64,000 nucleotides of DNA from Eledone cirrhosa. Its lineage: Eukaryota. This document shows positions 12,250 to 25,968 of the stretch, in pieces. Where the stretch lies: the NCBI GenBank assembly GCA_964016885.1, contig OZ024741.1, positions 339,822,001-339,886,000 of the forward strand, written 5' to 3'. The translations under genes were made by a program, and so were the position numbers. Each line of letters opens with the position of its first letter. Positions within the stretch are counted from its first letter, which is position 1. The notes under the pieces are model-generated. The model was not told the DNA's origin. It made no database searches and saw only the letters and a program-made list of their open reading frames with translations.

Positions 12250-12893
12250 TTAATGATGATTATAATAGCCGTTTAAATTTAATAAAAATAATCCATATAT
12301 GTGTGTATATATATATACATATATATGTATGTATATATACACACACACACACATATATATATATGTATACATACATACATACATACATACATACATACAT
12401 ACATACATACATACATACATACATACACACATACACACACATATATAGTCTTTAAGGGTCTTCACCCTATTATATAAGCTTTTTATAGCATCTCCACGCA
12501 TGAGCATTCCATTCTCTCTCTCTCTCTCCCTCTCTCTCTCTATATATATATATTATAATATAATACAAAATATTGATAACAATAATGACTTTTGTGTTAT
12601 AATAATAATCATATAGATAATTCTCTGACAAAGTTTCTGATAAAAATTAGATTCCTATTGAATGAAAAAGCCTGTTATAGAAATTGTTCCAAATTATTTA
12701 ATCACATGAATACTATTTCTAAAGACACAAATATATTCAAATTTGTTTTAATTCCCATTCCCTCTTTCTTTCTTTCTTTCTTTCTTTCTTTTCCCTACAC
12801 ACATTTCTTTGTGTATTTAGTTATTTCATGTCATTTATGTGAATTACTATTCTCATTTGCCGCCTATGTGCAGTTAATGCATACATACATACG

Positions 12894-12977
<84 letters not shown>

Positions 12978-12980
<3 letters not shown>

Positions 12981-13088
12981 CGAAGGAATTGTGGTAAGGA
13001 ACCAGATTGACCATAACGCACCAGAGTACTCAATACTTAGGGTAGTAGAGTGGGTAATAGGAAAAGGTTGGAGTCATACTTTTTCCTA
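12978..13088 (-). mobile_element. Miniature PLE footprint in (TA)n
   Basis: Reverse complement of the 80-nt tail plus a short inverted arm GGAGTCATACTTTTTCCTA. Confidence 0.85.
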
Positions 13089-13276
13089 TATATATATATA
13101 CATATATTTCGTTTCTGAATTTGGCAACATGACCCTCCCAAAGCATAACAATATATACATAACAATATATACATATATAAACATATATACATATATATAT
13201 ATATATAACCATACACACACATACACATACACACACACATATATATATGTGTGTGTGTATGTGTATGTGTGTGTAT

Positions 13277-13322
<46 letters not shown>

Positions 13323-13357
13323 GTTTATATATATGTATATATATATATATGTATATA

Positions 13358-13431
<74 letters not shown>

Positions 13432-13435
<4 letters not shown>

Positions 13436-13510
13436 ACATGGCAGTGATAATGAGGGACAGAGACCGCTGGAGAGAACTCGTCCATGGATCTCGGGAATTT
13501 TACCCGCCTT

Positions 13511-13512
<2 letters not shown>
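13432..13512 (+). mobile_element. 3' terminal fragment of RTE-like LINE in (TA)n
   Basis: Matches 46569-46632, which encodes an RTE-like ORF2 C-terminus. Confidence 0.6.
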
Positions 13513-13580
<68 letters not shown>

Positions 13581-13704
13581 GAGGTGAGTTTTATTGTAGT
13601 ACAATAAAGCAATGCAGATATTGGATAAGAAGCACTCTACAGTTTGTAGGACTGGAGTATACATAATATATAAGAACAAAAGATGGTTAAAAGAGTTCCA
13701 TGTA

Positions 13705-13771
13705 TTTTATTATGCGCATTTCAAAAACAAATATCATCATGCAATAATATTTGTGTTTTCATCAGATAAAA
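13705..13771 (-). ncRNA. Type I hammerhead ribozyme (inverted copy of 14859-14925)
   Basis: Reverse complement of 14859-14925. Confidence 0.75.
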
Positions 13772-14858
13772 CAGGAAGACATGATATGAAGGTTAAAAAA
13801 CACTTGTGGATAGTTCAGTTTTAAATTAACATATGAGAAGTAGTTTTAGATTGATGTGTGATATTGGGAAAAATATTTTATTTTACTTGAACAGTTCTCT
13901 ATCCAAAATTTGCAATCTCTGTCTAAATGAAAAATTTACCATTATTTCTAATTTAGATTCTATAATAAATAGACGCACTGACTTGTTTTCTATCTGCTTG
14001 CATAAATTCCATAAAACATTTCACAAAGTATACAGCTAATATTCAATTCTTTATCAATTTAGAATCTTTTTCTCAAAGGCACATACATATATATATACAC
14101 TTCTTTTAAAAATATACCCATCTTTCTACCTTATTTCAAAGGTTATTATACATTCTATAATACTTGTTACTCATTCTACATCGCTCCTATTTATCACTTC
14201 CCTTTCTTCTCTTCTTCTTTTAATGTCTAACCCCTAATCTGTACCTTTTCTCACTCTTGCCTAACATAGAATCAATTATTACATAATACAATACATTCTT
14301 ACTCTATATCAACTTGTAAAAATCCTTCGCAAACATATACATTTTTTTGACGTTAGATTATTCATCCTCAATTCATTATTCGTTTCTCCCTTTCATCTAA
14401 CTCATTCATGCTCATCTCACAATATTTCCTTACTTAAATAACCTGTTGTTCCTTTTAATAATACATATCAACATTTTCTTAACATCGCACATATTATCAA
14501 ACCCCTCAATATACAAACCTTAACTTTACATTATTTTTCTCTTCGTTAATTTTCAAATTCTTTTAATTTATACATTATCTTCCAACGTCTCTATGTAAAA
14601 CAATATATCTTTCTCAGTTATAAAAGCTATCTCTCTCTCTCTATCACCCATCTCTCCTCCTATCTCATCCTTCCTCATTATACTCCTCCCTCTCCACTCT
14701 TTACTCTCATCTCCTCCTCTTTTTCGCCCTTTCCACCACCCTCTCTAAATAAAATATTTTTCCCAATATCACACATCAATCTAAAACTACTTCTCATATG
14801 TTGATTTAAAACTGAACTATCCACAAGTGTTTTTTAACCTTCATATCATGTCTTCCTG

Positions 14859-14925
14859 TTTTATCTGATGAAAACACAAATATTATTGCATGATGATATT
14901 TGTTTTTGAAATGCGCATAATAAAA
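14859..14925 (+). ncRNA. Type I hammerhead ribozyme in PLE pseudo-LTR
   Basis: Stem I TTTTAT/ATAAAA, CTGATGA, long stem II (ACAAATATT/GATATTTGT), GAA, palindromic stem III ATGCGCAT, cleavage AUA (A14919). Confidence 0.78.
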
Positions 14926-15016
14926 TACATGGAACTCTTTTAACCATCTTTTGTTCTTATATATTATATATATATATATGAAAAAGTATGACCCCGACTT
15001 CAACAATAGTGTAACA

Positions 15017-15400
15017 CATCTACAGTTGTTTATGAAGCTGAAGTTACATGCGATCAGCCGAATCACCAGCAAGAGGTCAAAACATATGTAGGTGTGTTTT
15101 TAGGGCCGGTTTAAAGAATGCTTCCTTAACCATCAGATGGTCTTTCGATACTCTGATAAGCGATAGTCCACAAAGCTGGCAAGCTACATATGGCCACTCA
15201 AGGGTGCAAACGTAAATTTCTCCATTATGGAAAGTTCTAACCAAATAAAGACCATGTGGAAGTGAAGTAGTATCCTGTAAGTTGTGTATTGATGAAAGAG
15301 TGAATATCTTACAGAGGTTGCGTAAAAGTATTTGCCTTAATACGTTTCGTAACTGGATAACCAGAAGTTTAACACTGTCTAAAATAACATAAACGAAAGT
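15017..15400 (+). pseudogene. Decayed PLE GIY-YIG endonuclease remnant (third family)
   Basis: Manual translation gives TSTVVYEAEVTC...KTYVGV, STKLASYIWPLK and SCKLCIDERVNIL with frameshifts, parallel to VIYQC..YIG..TTLSGHIWDLK..CNLCSEE of the intact PLE. Confidence 0.75.
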
Positions 15401-15559
15401 TGAAAATCTCTTCGGCGAAACACCTGTCCTCGAATATGGTTTGCTTATTTGTTGTGGGACTAACTCTATGTACATGTATACATATATATGTATGCATTAA
15501 CATTAAGACAAATGTTACATAATTGTATTTATTGCATAATACCTATTTCAGGGACACCA

Positions 15560-16365
15560 GCGTGGCGTTGTTATAGGACCATTACTGGTGTGACATCATC
15601 AGATTTTAACACAGTTATGTGAATGAGTTGATATGTTGCAAACTACCCAAACTAGAGGCCCATATCATGCCATCCTACTACATACAAAACCATAGCTGCA
15701 ATAGTATCGCAGAAACTGACCAAGCACCTGGAAAAAAACCAACTGCTTTCAGAAGAACAGAAATGCTGTAAAGGCTCATATGACTGTAAAGACCAGTGGG
15801 TAATTAATAAAGCCATTACCGAAAACTGCAGTAAAAGTATCTCATGGATTGACTACCAGAAGTCCCATAGATGGATACTGAACATACTAGCCATGAATAA
15901 AGTACCACCAACAATAAAATACATTTATCAAGCATACCATGAGTAAGCAACAAACAGTTCTGCAGATACAAATGAAGGATAGAACCATAACAACTGAGAC
16001 CATCGCAATCAACAGAGGAATATTTCAAGGGGACTGCCTATAAAATAGACGTGGAATAGGGTATAAACGCTACAACAAATTAACCATCTCCTCTATATGG
16101 ATGATCTAAAGCTGTTTGCCGCATACGGAAGACAACTTAAAACACTGCTGCAGACAATGCATGGTTGCACAGACGAAATAGGCATAACATTGGAACTATA
16201 GAAATATACGAAGGCATCTCTGAAAAGAAGAAAACTAATGTAAAACACTAATATCATGTTAGATAAGCAAACTGAGATAAGAGAATTAGATCAAATACAG
16301 TCATACAAATACTTAGGAATCAACAAACTACACAGGATTCTACACACACAGGTGAAAGAAAATCT
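15560..16365 (+). pseudogene. Decayed non-LTR reverse transcriptase (R4/Dong-like)
   Basis: INRGIFQGDCL (about 16008), INHLLYMDDLKLFA (about 16079), YKYLGI (about 16303), with frameshifts and stops. Boundaries are approximate. Confidence 0.7.
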
Positions 16366-16614
16366 TCTCCTTGCGCTTGACGAGAGAGGCCAGTTTTGGA
16401 ACGGCTTTTCCATTATACCGTGGTGGCCATAACTGGACCTCAAAGCCTAAGAACGCACATACATGTTAATTGTGGAAAATTTAATATAAACCAAATAAGT
16501 TCTCGTGTACTAGCGCATTGCTTTCGTTAGCTTTTTATGTACGGTTATCATGCACACAGAGATACACACACATATGTCTATTTATTTATTGGCTGCATTA
16601 TCCTCCCAAAGTAT

Positions 16615-16689
<75 letters not shown>

Positions 16690-16693
<4 letters not shown>

Positions 16694-16799
16694 AGAAAGT
16701 ATGACGCAATACTTTTTCCTATTACCCACTCTACTACACTAAGTATTGAGTACTCTGGTACGTTATGGTCCATCTGGTTCCTTACCACAACTCCTCAGT

Positions 16800-16801
<2 letters not shown>
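16690..16801 (+). mobile_element. Miniature PLE footprint in (TA)n
   Basis: TAGGAGAAAGTATGAC inverted arm plus the direct tail ending GTTA. Confidence 0.85.
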
Positions 16802-16831
<30 letters not shown>

Positions 16832-16835
16832 TATA

Positions 16836-16992
16836 TAGGAAAAGAGTCAGGACCCCGACGGCTGAGCTCCGGCTGTTTCGACAGCTAGGTTCGGATCTAG
16901 CTGTCGAACAGCCGGAGTTCAGCCGTCGGGGTCCTGACTCTTTTCCTATTAGTGCGTTATGGTCCACCTGGTATCTTACCACATCTTCTTTG

Positions 16993-16995
<3 letters not shown>
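16836..16995 (+). mobile_element. Miniature palindromic PLE footprint (diverged subfamily)
   Basis: TAGGAAAAGAGTCAGGACCCCGAC...GTCGGGGTCCTGACTCTTTTCCTA palindrome of HHR 3' halves plus an internally deleted tail. Confidence 0.8.
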
Positions 16996-17062
<67 letters not shown>

Positions 17063-17107
17063 GTGTATGTGTGTGTGTGTGCGCGTGTGTGTGTGTGTGT
17101 GCTTGTG

Positions 17108-17319
<212 letters not shown>

Positions 17320-17346
17320 TGTGTGTGTGTTCATGTGTTTCTCTGT

Positions 17347-17650
17347 GAAGGCATATGGCTTGGTAGTTATGCATGTTCTGTTCTTGACCATAAGGCTGGG
17401 GATTCACTTCCCGGCGACGCATTTTGTTCTTGAGTAACACATTTATTTCATGTTGCTTCAGTCCGCTTAGTTGACAAACATATGAGATATTTCTATAATT
17501 CAAAGGGTCAGCTATGTTACACATTGTGTCACTCTGAATTTCTCTAAGAACTACGTTAAGGGTATGTTGCACATGGCTGCGGTATGCTCAGCCACTTGCA
17601 CGTTAATTTCATGAACTGACTGTTTCGTCGTTTAAACAACGTTGGAAACG
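17347..17650 (+). mobile_element. Old tRNA-derived SINE (family B)
   Basis: tRNA-like head then TTCTTGAGTAACACATTTATTTCATGTTGC; shares segments with copies at about 47610, 49640, 56640 and 58993. Confidence 0.6.
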
Positions 17651-17697
17651 ATAGAAGTCCAACACAAACTCTCTTTCTCTCTCCCCTTCTCTCTCTC

Positions 17698-17815
<118 letters not shown>

Positions 17816-17841
17816 TCTCTCTCTCTCTATATATATATATA

Positions 17842-18554
17842 TCATAATCTATAAAGCTCAGTGTGTGGTCATGCTCCTTCGTTATAGAAATCTACGATAT
17901 AGAATTTCTTCAATTGAAATTTACAATTCAGTATTCGAAATAGCTTCGATTGCGACTTGACGCAGATAATTTTTTCAATTTCACCCACAATTACGCAAAA
18001 AATAGATAAAACTCAATATTTTACGATTTTTCTCTCTCATTTAAACTGCTGAACTCTTTCTACTACCATTCAAAATCTATACAACTTCATACTTTCTGCT
18101 ACTTTCTCTTTCCAAGCTTGATGGTGATACTGTCCGATCACACCACTCCCTACTGTCTTAAATTTAGAAAACACATATCCTCTATGAGGTTATTAAACCT
18201 GCTAGAAACAGCAGCTAACTCTCCCCCATATCACAACCCTCCCTACTGTCTTAAATTTAGAAAACACACAGACAACCATGCAGAACAACTCCATCGCAGC
18301 TCTGTTGTTCGGCTGGCATCGTCTACGCGCGTGTTGCGCAAGTACTGTGAAACAATAAATTTCAACACTTTTTTGCACAGAGATAATATCCATAGGCGAA
18401 ACTACAATTGTCACTGCTGGCGCAGCTCATGCTTCCAGGTCTGCAATTCATTCACCCAGTGCCTGGCAGACAAAAAAGTGCTGCCATAAAATGGGTGGTG
18501 CAACCTAACTTTGGTAACTTAATGAGCCCGAGCAACGCCGGGCTTTAATGCTAG
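17842..18554 (+). mobile_element. Non-autonomous Helitron
   Basis: 5' A|TCATAATCTATAAAGC; 3' GC-rich hairpin GCCCGAGCAACGCCGGGC shortly before the terminal CTAG|T. Confidence 0.7.
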
Positions 18555-18694
18555 TATATAAATAAAATTATCGAGAATCGGAACTTCGGCCCACGAAATA
18601 ACGAAAAACAATCTTCGAAATGTGCGGTAAAGTACTCAATGGTTCGGATGAACCAGAGCTATAACTAACGTTTAATACCAACACACTGAGACGA

Positions 18695-18747
<53 letters not shown>

Positions 18748-18797
18748 GGCTTCTACAGGACTAGAGCTGTTTCATTCGGGAGAAATCATCAGGAAGC
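18748..18797 (-). ncRNA. Type I hammerhead ribozyme (opposite-strand arm)
   Basis: Reverse complement of 18799-18848 with one substitution. Confidence 0.72.
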
Positions 18798-18848
18798 GGC
18801 TTCCTGATGATTTCTCCCGAATGAAACAGTTCTAGTCCTGTAGAAGCC
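18798..18848 (+). ncRNA. Type I hammerhead ribozyme
   Basis: Stem I GGCTTC/GAAGCC, CTGATGA, stem II T-TTC-TCCC-GAA-T (U.U at its base), GAA, stem III ACAG/CTGT, cleavage GUA (A18842). Confidence 0.75.
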
Positions 18849-18933
18849 ATTTCTATATTAAATATTTATACTCTGCTATGTATTGAGTACCTTACTTACA
18901 GTGGTTACCCCCTGATTGAACCCGGGATAAACT

Positions 18934-18976
<43 letters not shown>

Positions 18977-20329
18977 GTGCGTGTGTGTGTGTGTGGGGGG
19001 GGATTTTGGTTGCTATTATTGATGTTTTTATTGTTGATTTTTGTTTTGTTGTTATTATTTTTCTCTGTCGTTATCACCCCTTTGCAAAGCTACTTGTAAT
19101 AATAAGCCGAGATGAAAAGAAAGAAAATCTGAATAAGTCTGCACCTCATTGTTCCTTTACAGTTCAACGTTTGATAAACGCCGGCTTCGATCTAGCTTCG
19201 ATCTGGCTTCGATCTCTATTTATTCATCGTATACCAAAAAAGAATATCTCTGTTGCGATAAAATATAGACCATTCTTACTGCCTTCCTTTCTGTCTTTCT
19301 TCCTTACGTACATAAAGGTAGCTTAAACCGCCTTTTGTTTTGTGTTTGTTGTAGTGGTGGTCTTTGTTGTTATTGTGGGGGGTTGTGGACGTAATTCTGG
19401 TGATGACAGTGGGCGGTGTTTTTGTTGTTGCTGTTGTTGGTGGTAAGGATGGTTGTGGTGGCGGTGACAGTGGTGTTGATTGTAGAGGATAATTGTGGTG
19501 GTGGTGGAGGGTGTATAGGTTGTGATGGTGGTGAGGTGATAGTAGTGGTGACAGCTATAGTGTTGGTGTTGGTAGTGGTGGTGTTGGTGGTGGTGAGGTT
19601 ATGGTGTTGGTAGTGGGGTGTTGGTAGTGGTGGGGTTGGTGGTAGTCAGGTTATGGTGTTGGTGTTGGTGGTGGTAGTTGTTGTGTTGATACTAGGGGTG
19701 TTGTTAGTGGTTGGGTTGTTGGTGGTGAGGTTATGGTGGCGGTGTTGGTGGTGGTAGTTGTTGTGTTGATAGTGGGGGTGTTGGTAGTGGTGGGGTTGGT
19801 GGTTGTGTGGTGATAGTCATGGTGGTGCTCGCTAGTGGTAGCGAGGGTGTTGGTAATGGTGGCGGTGACAGCGACAGTGACGGTGGTGGCGGCGGTGGTA
19901 GTATTTCAGTAGGTGTGTTCTTTTTCTTCTTCTTCTTTTCACACGGATCCAATGATAACGAAAGGCTATAGCAATATAAAGGACTTGTATCAACAACAGC
20001 AGCGATAACAATAACAATAACGACAACAACAACAGCGGCGATAACAGCGATAACAGCAGCAACAACAACAATAAAAACAGCGATAACAGCAATAACAGCA
20101 GCAACAACAACAATAAAAACAGCGATAACAGCAATAACAGCAGCAACAACAATAAGAACGGCGATAACAGCAATAACAGCAGCAACAGCAATTTCAGCAG
20201 CAGAGACGAGCACAAAAGAGGAAAACCTTACCAGAGATAACAACAAAGGCGGCCATATCAGTGATGGCATCAATGACGGTATCGGAAGATATAGCAATGG
20301 TGTGAGGGGGAGGGGGTAATAGAAACATT

Positions 20330-20823
20330 AACAACAACAACAACAACAACAACAGCAACAACAACAGCTACTACAACTACTACAACAACAGCTACTACAA
20401 CTACAACAGCTACTATTACAACAACAACAGCAACAACAACAAAAACAACAACAACAACACCACCAACTACAATAGCAGCAACAACAACAACAACAACAAC
20501 AACAGTAACAACTACTACAGCTACTACAACAACAACAGCTACTACAACAACAACAGCTACTACAACTACAACAGCTACTATTACAACAACAACAGCAATA
20601 ACAACAAAAACAACAACAACAACACCAACTACAATAGCAGCAATAACAACAACAACAACAACAGCAGCAGCAACAACGACAACAATAACAACAACAATAA
20701 CAACAACAATAACAACAACAATAACAACAGCAGCAACGACGACAACAACAGCAGCAACAACAACAGCTACTATAACATCATCAACAACAATAACAACAAC
20801 AATAGCAGCAGCAGCAGCGGTGG

Positions 20824-20864
<41 letters not shown>

Positions 20865-21251
20865 ACAACAGCAACATAGTTACTACAGCTACAGCTACTA
20901 CAACAACAACAGCTACAATACCAGCTACTACAACAACAACAACAACAACAACAGCAACAGCAACAGCAACAACAACAACAGCAACATAGTTACTACAGCT
21001 ACAGCTACTACAACAACAACAGCTACAATACCAGCTACTACTACAACAACAACAACAACAACAACAACAACAGCAACAGCAACAACAACAACAACAGCAA
21101 CAACAGTTACTACAGCTACAGCTACTACAACAAAAACAGCTACAATACCAGCTACTACAACAACAGCAACAACAACAACAACAGCAACATAGTTACTACA
21201 GCTACAGCTACTACAACAAAAACAGCTACAATATCAGCTACTACAACAGCT

Positions 21252-21284
<33 letters not shown>

Positions 21285-21530
21285 GCTACAACAACATCTA
21301 TAATAACAACAACAACAATAACAACAAACAGCAACAACAACAACAGCAGCAACAACAGCAGCAGCAGCAAGAGTTACAACAAAAACAGCTACAATAACAG
21401 CTACTACAACAACAGTAACAACAGCTACAACAGCAGCAACAATAACACCAACTGCAAGATTTACAACAAAAACAGCTACAATACAATAACAACAGCAAAA
21501 ACAACAACAACAACAACAGTAGCAACAGTA
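20330..21530. repeat. Compound (CAA/CAG/CTA)n trinucleotide array with higher-order repeats
   Basis: Direct reading; recurring GCAACATAGTTACTACAGCTACAGCTACTAC units. Confidence 0.9.
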
Positions 21531-21734
21531 ATAATAATTGTGTCTAGAATGGGCACAAGGCCAGCAATTTGAAAGGAAGAAGGAAAGTCTATTAAATCAA
21601 CCCGAGTGTGTTACTGGTACTTTATTCGTAAGGCTGAAAAGCAAAACTAACCTCGACGTTATTTAAACTCAGAACGTTAAGCGACGTAAATATTTTTTTT
21701 TTCCTCTTGTAACGTTTCTTTAACAATCGGTTAC

Positions 21735-22040
21735 TAGTTACAGCGTGTTGGCTTCAGATCAGTCCCTCATCTCAGAGGCACAATATGTCGTGTAGGATTC
21801 AGGCAATGCTGGTGATGGTAGAAATTTGGGTACTGCCTCTGATGTCAGGTATCTCAAGGCTTTTGATGAAAGACGTAAGACATTTGGAGACCGTACCTAG
21901 CACTCTAATGACGATTGGCATTGGCACAACTTCTATCTCGACATGGTGATCAGTTCTAATAGTGCCTGTAAAGTTTGCATATATATTGATCTTTACCATT
22001 TCCTTTTCAGCCACATTGTGGTCTTGAAGGATCGCAAAAT
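21735..22040 (-). pseudogene. 3' end of R4/Dong-like LINE (restriction-like endonuclease C-terminus)
   Basis: EVVPMPIVIRVLGTVSKCL...TQISTITSIA*ILHDILCL resembles the VVPIVIGALG...LGTA.ILR C-terminus of this group. Confidence 0.55.
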
Positions 22041-22273
22041 ATTAATAATAATAATAATGGTTTCTGATTTAGGCACACACACACACGCACACAGACACAC
22101 ACATACCCCCCCTCTCTACATATATCTGAATATTACAACAGCAGAGCTCCGACGAGCTTTTGATTCCAGAGACGGGCCAGATCGATACAGATCGAACATT
22201 GAGCTGATCAATAGCGAAACGCGCGTTACCAATCAATAAACGTAATAAGGGCGTAACAAATCGCCCTTATTAT

Positions 22274-22555
<282 letters not shown>

Positions 22556-23905
22556 CATATATATATATACATAATATATATATATACAAATGTAAATATC
22601 GATATATAACAATTATGAACTGGTTGACAAATAATCCTTCGATGCAAATTAGGCGCTGAAATCCCCAAGCAGTGGGCCCTCACATAGATATTGTACAATA
22701 CTTTTAATATCTTACATAAAAAAAACATCTCCTGTGTATGAACATAAATAAATAATATATATATATAAATTACACAATTATCAAAGTTATGTTCAAATCA
22801 TTTTATTGCTGACAATCGTTTCTTCCAAACTTTCGTTTGGAATCAACGGAGCATTAGCAATGTTTGTACATATAATTAAACGCCTATTCAACTGAACAAT
22901 CATATAGATACATATATATTGATGTTGTGAACAACAGTTTCGTATTTACAGGGTGGAATGGATACGACATATATTATACGAGAATTGTACAATAATTCAA
23001 ATTAAAATTAAAAGCACAGAGTGGAAATTACTGAGCTTTCCTGTTTATAAATTACTGACCTTTCCTGTTTATAGTTGTTTATAGTATATACATAACTATA
23101 AATAGTATCATTATTATTAATATATATATTAATATATATATTAATATATTATTAATATATATATATTAATAAAGTACCAGTAATACACTGGTTAATTGCT
23201 GGCCTTGTGCCAAAAGTAGAAACAATTATTATTAATATATATATAAATAATATATATATATATACATATTATTTATATATATATATGTGTGTGCATATAT
23301 ATATATATGTATACATATATATGTGTGTGTGTGTGTGTAGATATATAAACGGATTGATAGAAAGAGAGAGAGAGAGGCGAGTAAGTGGGAGATAGATAAA
23401 ATATAGATACTTATGAATTGTGGTTATTCCAATAGAGATAAGAGGATAAAATAACTGTGTAGAGAATAATAGCATGGAATTTAAGATTTCTGGACAAATT
23501 TCTCCACGAAAATCCAAATGAACCAGTTATACCCGAATATATGTTCGGCAAGAAAATCACTTTATTGGAATGGAACATTGTATCAAAAATAGACTTGGGT
23601 TGTGAAGTATGATTTGAGAGACTTCGCCAAGTGGTGCTGTTGATTTGGCATGACCTAGGTCAATACTAGACGAAACTTATGAAAATTACGACAATTATAC
23701 ACACACACACACATAAACACACATACATATATATATAGATGTATAGTCATTGTTTATTGTTATATAATTTAGTAGTTGTATGACAGTATAAAATTATTGT
23801 AGTACGGTAGAACAATATATATACTTACTCTCTCTCGCTCTTTCTATATATATATAAATGAAAGGTATAGAAAATATTGTAGCAAAAAGCCAACAGTATT
23901 CCATA

Positions 23906-23945
<40 letters not shown>

Positions 23946-23955
23946 AACCAGTAAG

Positions 23956-24049
23956 ACCCCGACAGCTGAGCTCAAGCCGTTTCGACGGCTAATTCTGGAC
24001 TAAATGAACATTTATCCTGGTATTTAAATAGCCGATCTTCTCAAGGGGT
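23956..24049 (-). ncRNA. Type I hammerhead ribozyme, U3-A8 core variant (inverted pLTR)
   Basis: Reverse complement of 26873-26966. Confidence 0.8.
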
Positions 24050-25147
24050 AATTCCATATATGGTCAAAGTGATTGTCAAAAATCAGTAGTAATTCTGTGG
24101 TTGCAAATTAGTAGGGGAGATGGTGGCTAAACCTGCCAGTAGGAGAAAGAGGGGAGGGGGTGGAGTAGACCCAATCAAGCGTTGGTAGTGCCAGCTACAG
24201 CTGGGCATGAGGTCAAAGAAGATACAGGGGAGGGGGAGGGGGAGGAAGTCGGAACGGTAGGTAGAACAATGGGGGGTAAAAATAGGAAAGAAAAAATACT
24301 GAGAGTGAAGAAAAGCAAATAAGTGTAAAGAAAAAATTAAATTCTACGACCTAGGTGTCAGGCTATTGTTAGGCGAGAATAAAATAAAGAAAGAAAGAAA
24401 GAAGTAAATAAATAAATAAATAAATAAATAAGGAAATAAGTAAAAGAACTAGGTGGGACGAATTAGGCAAGGACCCTTTTAAGAGGTATAAGTACGTAAA
24501 TGATACGGTGACTGGTCAACAAAAGGGGCCAAAATACTAAAGAGACTACCACGAAATAAACAATAAAGGTTTCCATCCCGGGCCAGCAACGACCCAGTGC
24601 AGCAAAGTGAACTTGTACGACATAATAATTCTGAGTCCCGGGAAAAATATATACTAATGCTAACTCTAAAAGATCTAAAACAAGCTACATGAAAGTTCGT
24701 ACGAAATAAAGGTAGAATATGGAGAAATAAGTTCAGAATCCACCCCGCCCAGAAGAAAAGCGAAGCAAGAAATACTGAAACGAAAAAATAAGGCATAAGT
24801 GCCACTAAGAAATATAGAGGGCACAGAGAATAGTGGGAGCGGTCGGAAAAGGGGGGAAAGTATCCGGGGTCTAAGCCAACTGCTATAAAGGGCGGAGTCC
24901 GCCAAATCTATCAAAGACTAGGGGAGGGGGGAGTGGGGGTACTAAGGCTACATGGGGCCAAAGGGCAGCCTCGGGTGGGCGAGAAAAGACGCCGACAAAG
25001 GAGAAGAGCTGGGGTAGAAGGACAAAGGAGAGAGGGGGGAAGGAAATAAAGGATGCGATAAAAGAATACAAAGAAGATCTTACGTCTTCCTTGGCAAGCA
25101 GGGGTTACCCATTGCAAAATCGGCAACTGGGGTGTTATAGCCCTAGT

Positions 25148-25968
25148 CTACCCCCCCGGGTCATTATGGGGTTTGAGGGCGAGGTAAGTCCTACGCAATC
25201 TATGTTTACATGCAGTAACCAGTTCATCTTTCTTGTTTAGGAGTTGGTCCGTCGAAAACAGCATTTGTAAAGTTTCCTCCGAGCATAAATTGCACGGACG
25301 GCGTCCTCCCGTGTAAGAATTGGCTCTGGACAGTAATCTCCAAGTGAGATCATAGGTGATGTTGTTGTCCTTGAGGTCCCATATGTGGCCCGAAAGTGTA
25401 GTGGCGTGACGCCGGGCCGGGTTTCGGAAGGTATGTCTATGTTGGTATAGCCGGGTCTTGAAGTCACATGCGGTAAGTCCTATATAGGCTTTGTTGGAGG
25501 TATCCGTCCTCACGTTGCACTGGTAGATCACATTACGGTCTCTGCATCTATTGTCGAGTGGGCAAATAGATCTATCCGGGCAGTTACACCTCCTGGTCGG
25601 TTCTCCACTGCTATTTAGGTTATTTCTGCCATCGGGGTTGAGTTTTTTGTTGTTAGAGGAGACGATGTTTTGTGCGAAGTTTGGTGTAGTGCTGTAAGAG
25701 AGTTTGATGGTATTTTTGTTAATTATGTTGTGGTAGCGGTGTTGTAATGGGAAGTGTTTTTCAATGAGCCTAAAGAATAGTTTCCCGATGGGAGTAGTCA
25801 CCTCTGCGTTGTGGGGAGGATTGAACCATGTTACATTGCGTGAGCGGCGGTGTCTCCTGCTGGTTCCGCTAATGGGATCTGGACAGTAGGATATTTCCTC
25901 CCGGAAACCACTCCGCTTGAGGGCCTGGTTGTAATAAGGCGCATGTTCATCGAATATCCGCTCATTAG
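25148..25968 (-). pseudogene. Inverted duplicate of the 3' part of the PLE ORF (GIY-YIG domain)
   Basis: Protein sequence identical to the C-terminal part of the 27152 ORF. Confidence 0.9.

Larger units (their letters stand above)
13667..14962 (+). mobile_element. 5'-truncated Penelope-like element (second family) with inverted 3' end
   Basis: 13667-13882 is the inverted copy of about 14748-14962. 13885-14039 encodes a GIY-YIG C-terminus (CNLCLNEKFTII...INRRTDLFSICLHK) similar to the end of the 27152 ORF. Both arms carry an HHR. Confidence 0.85.
18744..18935 (+). mobile_element. Miniature PLE-type unit: two back-to-back complete HHRs plus tail, in (TA)n
   Basis: Inverted repeat 18744-18852 followed by a tail ending CTTA(TA)n. 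Confidence 0.8.

Noticed and set aside
20225-20300. Possible minus-strand exon (GTAAG donor) or miRNA-like hairpin
   Set aside because: Short, no recognisable protein similarity, and the hairpin is too imperfect to support.
22190-22235. GAA-ACGCGCGT-T preceded by a hairpin, as a hammerhead
   Set aside because: Only a 3' half is visible; no CUGANGA/UUGANAA core or stem I was found.
25148-25801. Stand-alone GIY-YIG nuclease gene
   Set aside because: Inverted duplicate of the PLE 3' end with a GTG start; a product of the insertion mechanism.
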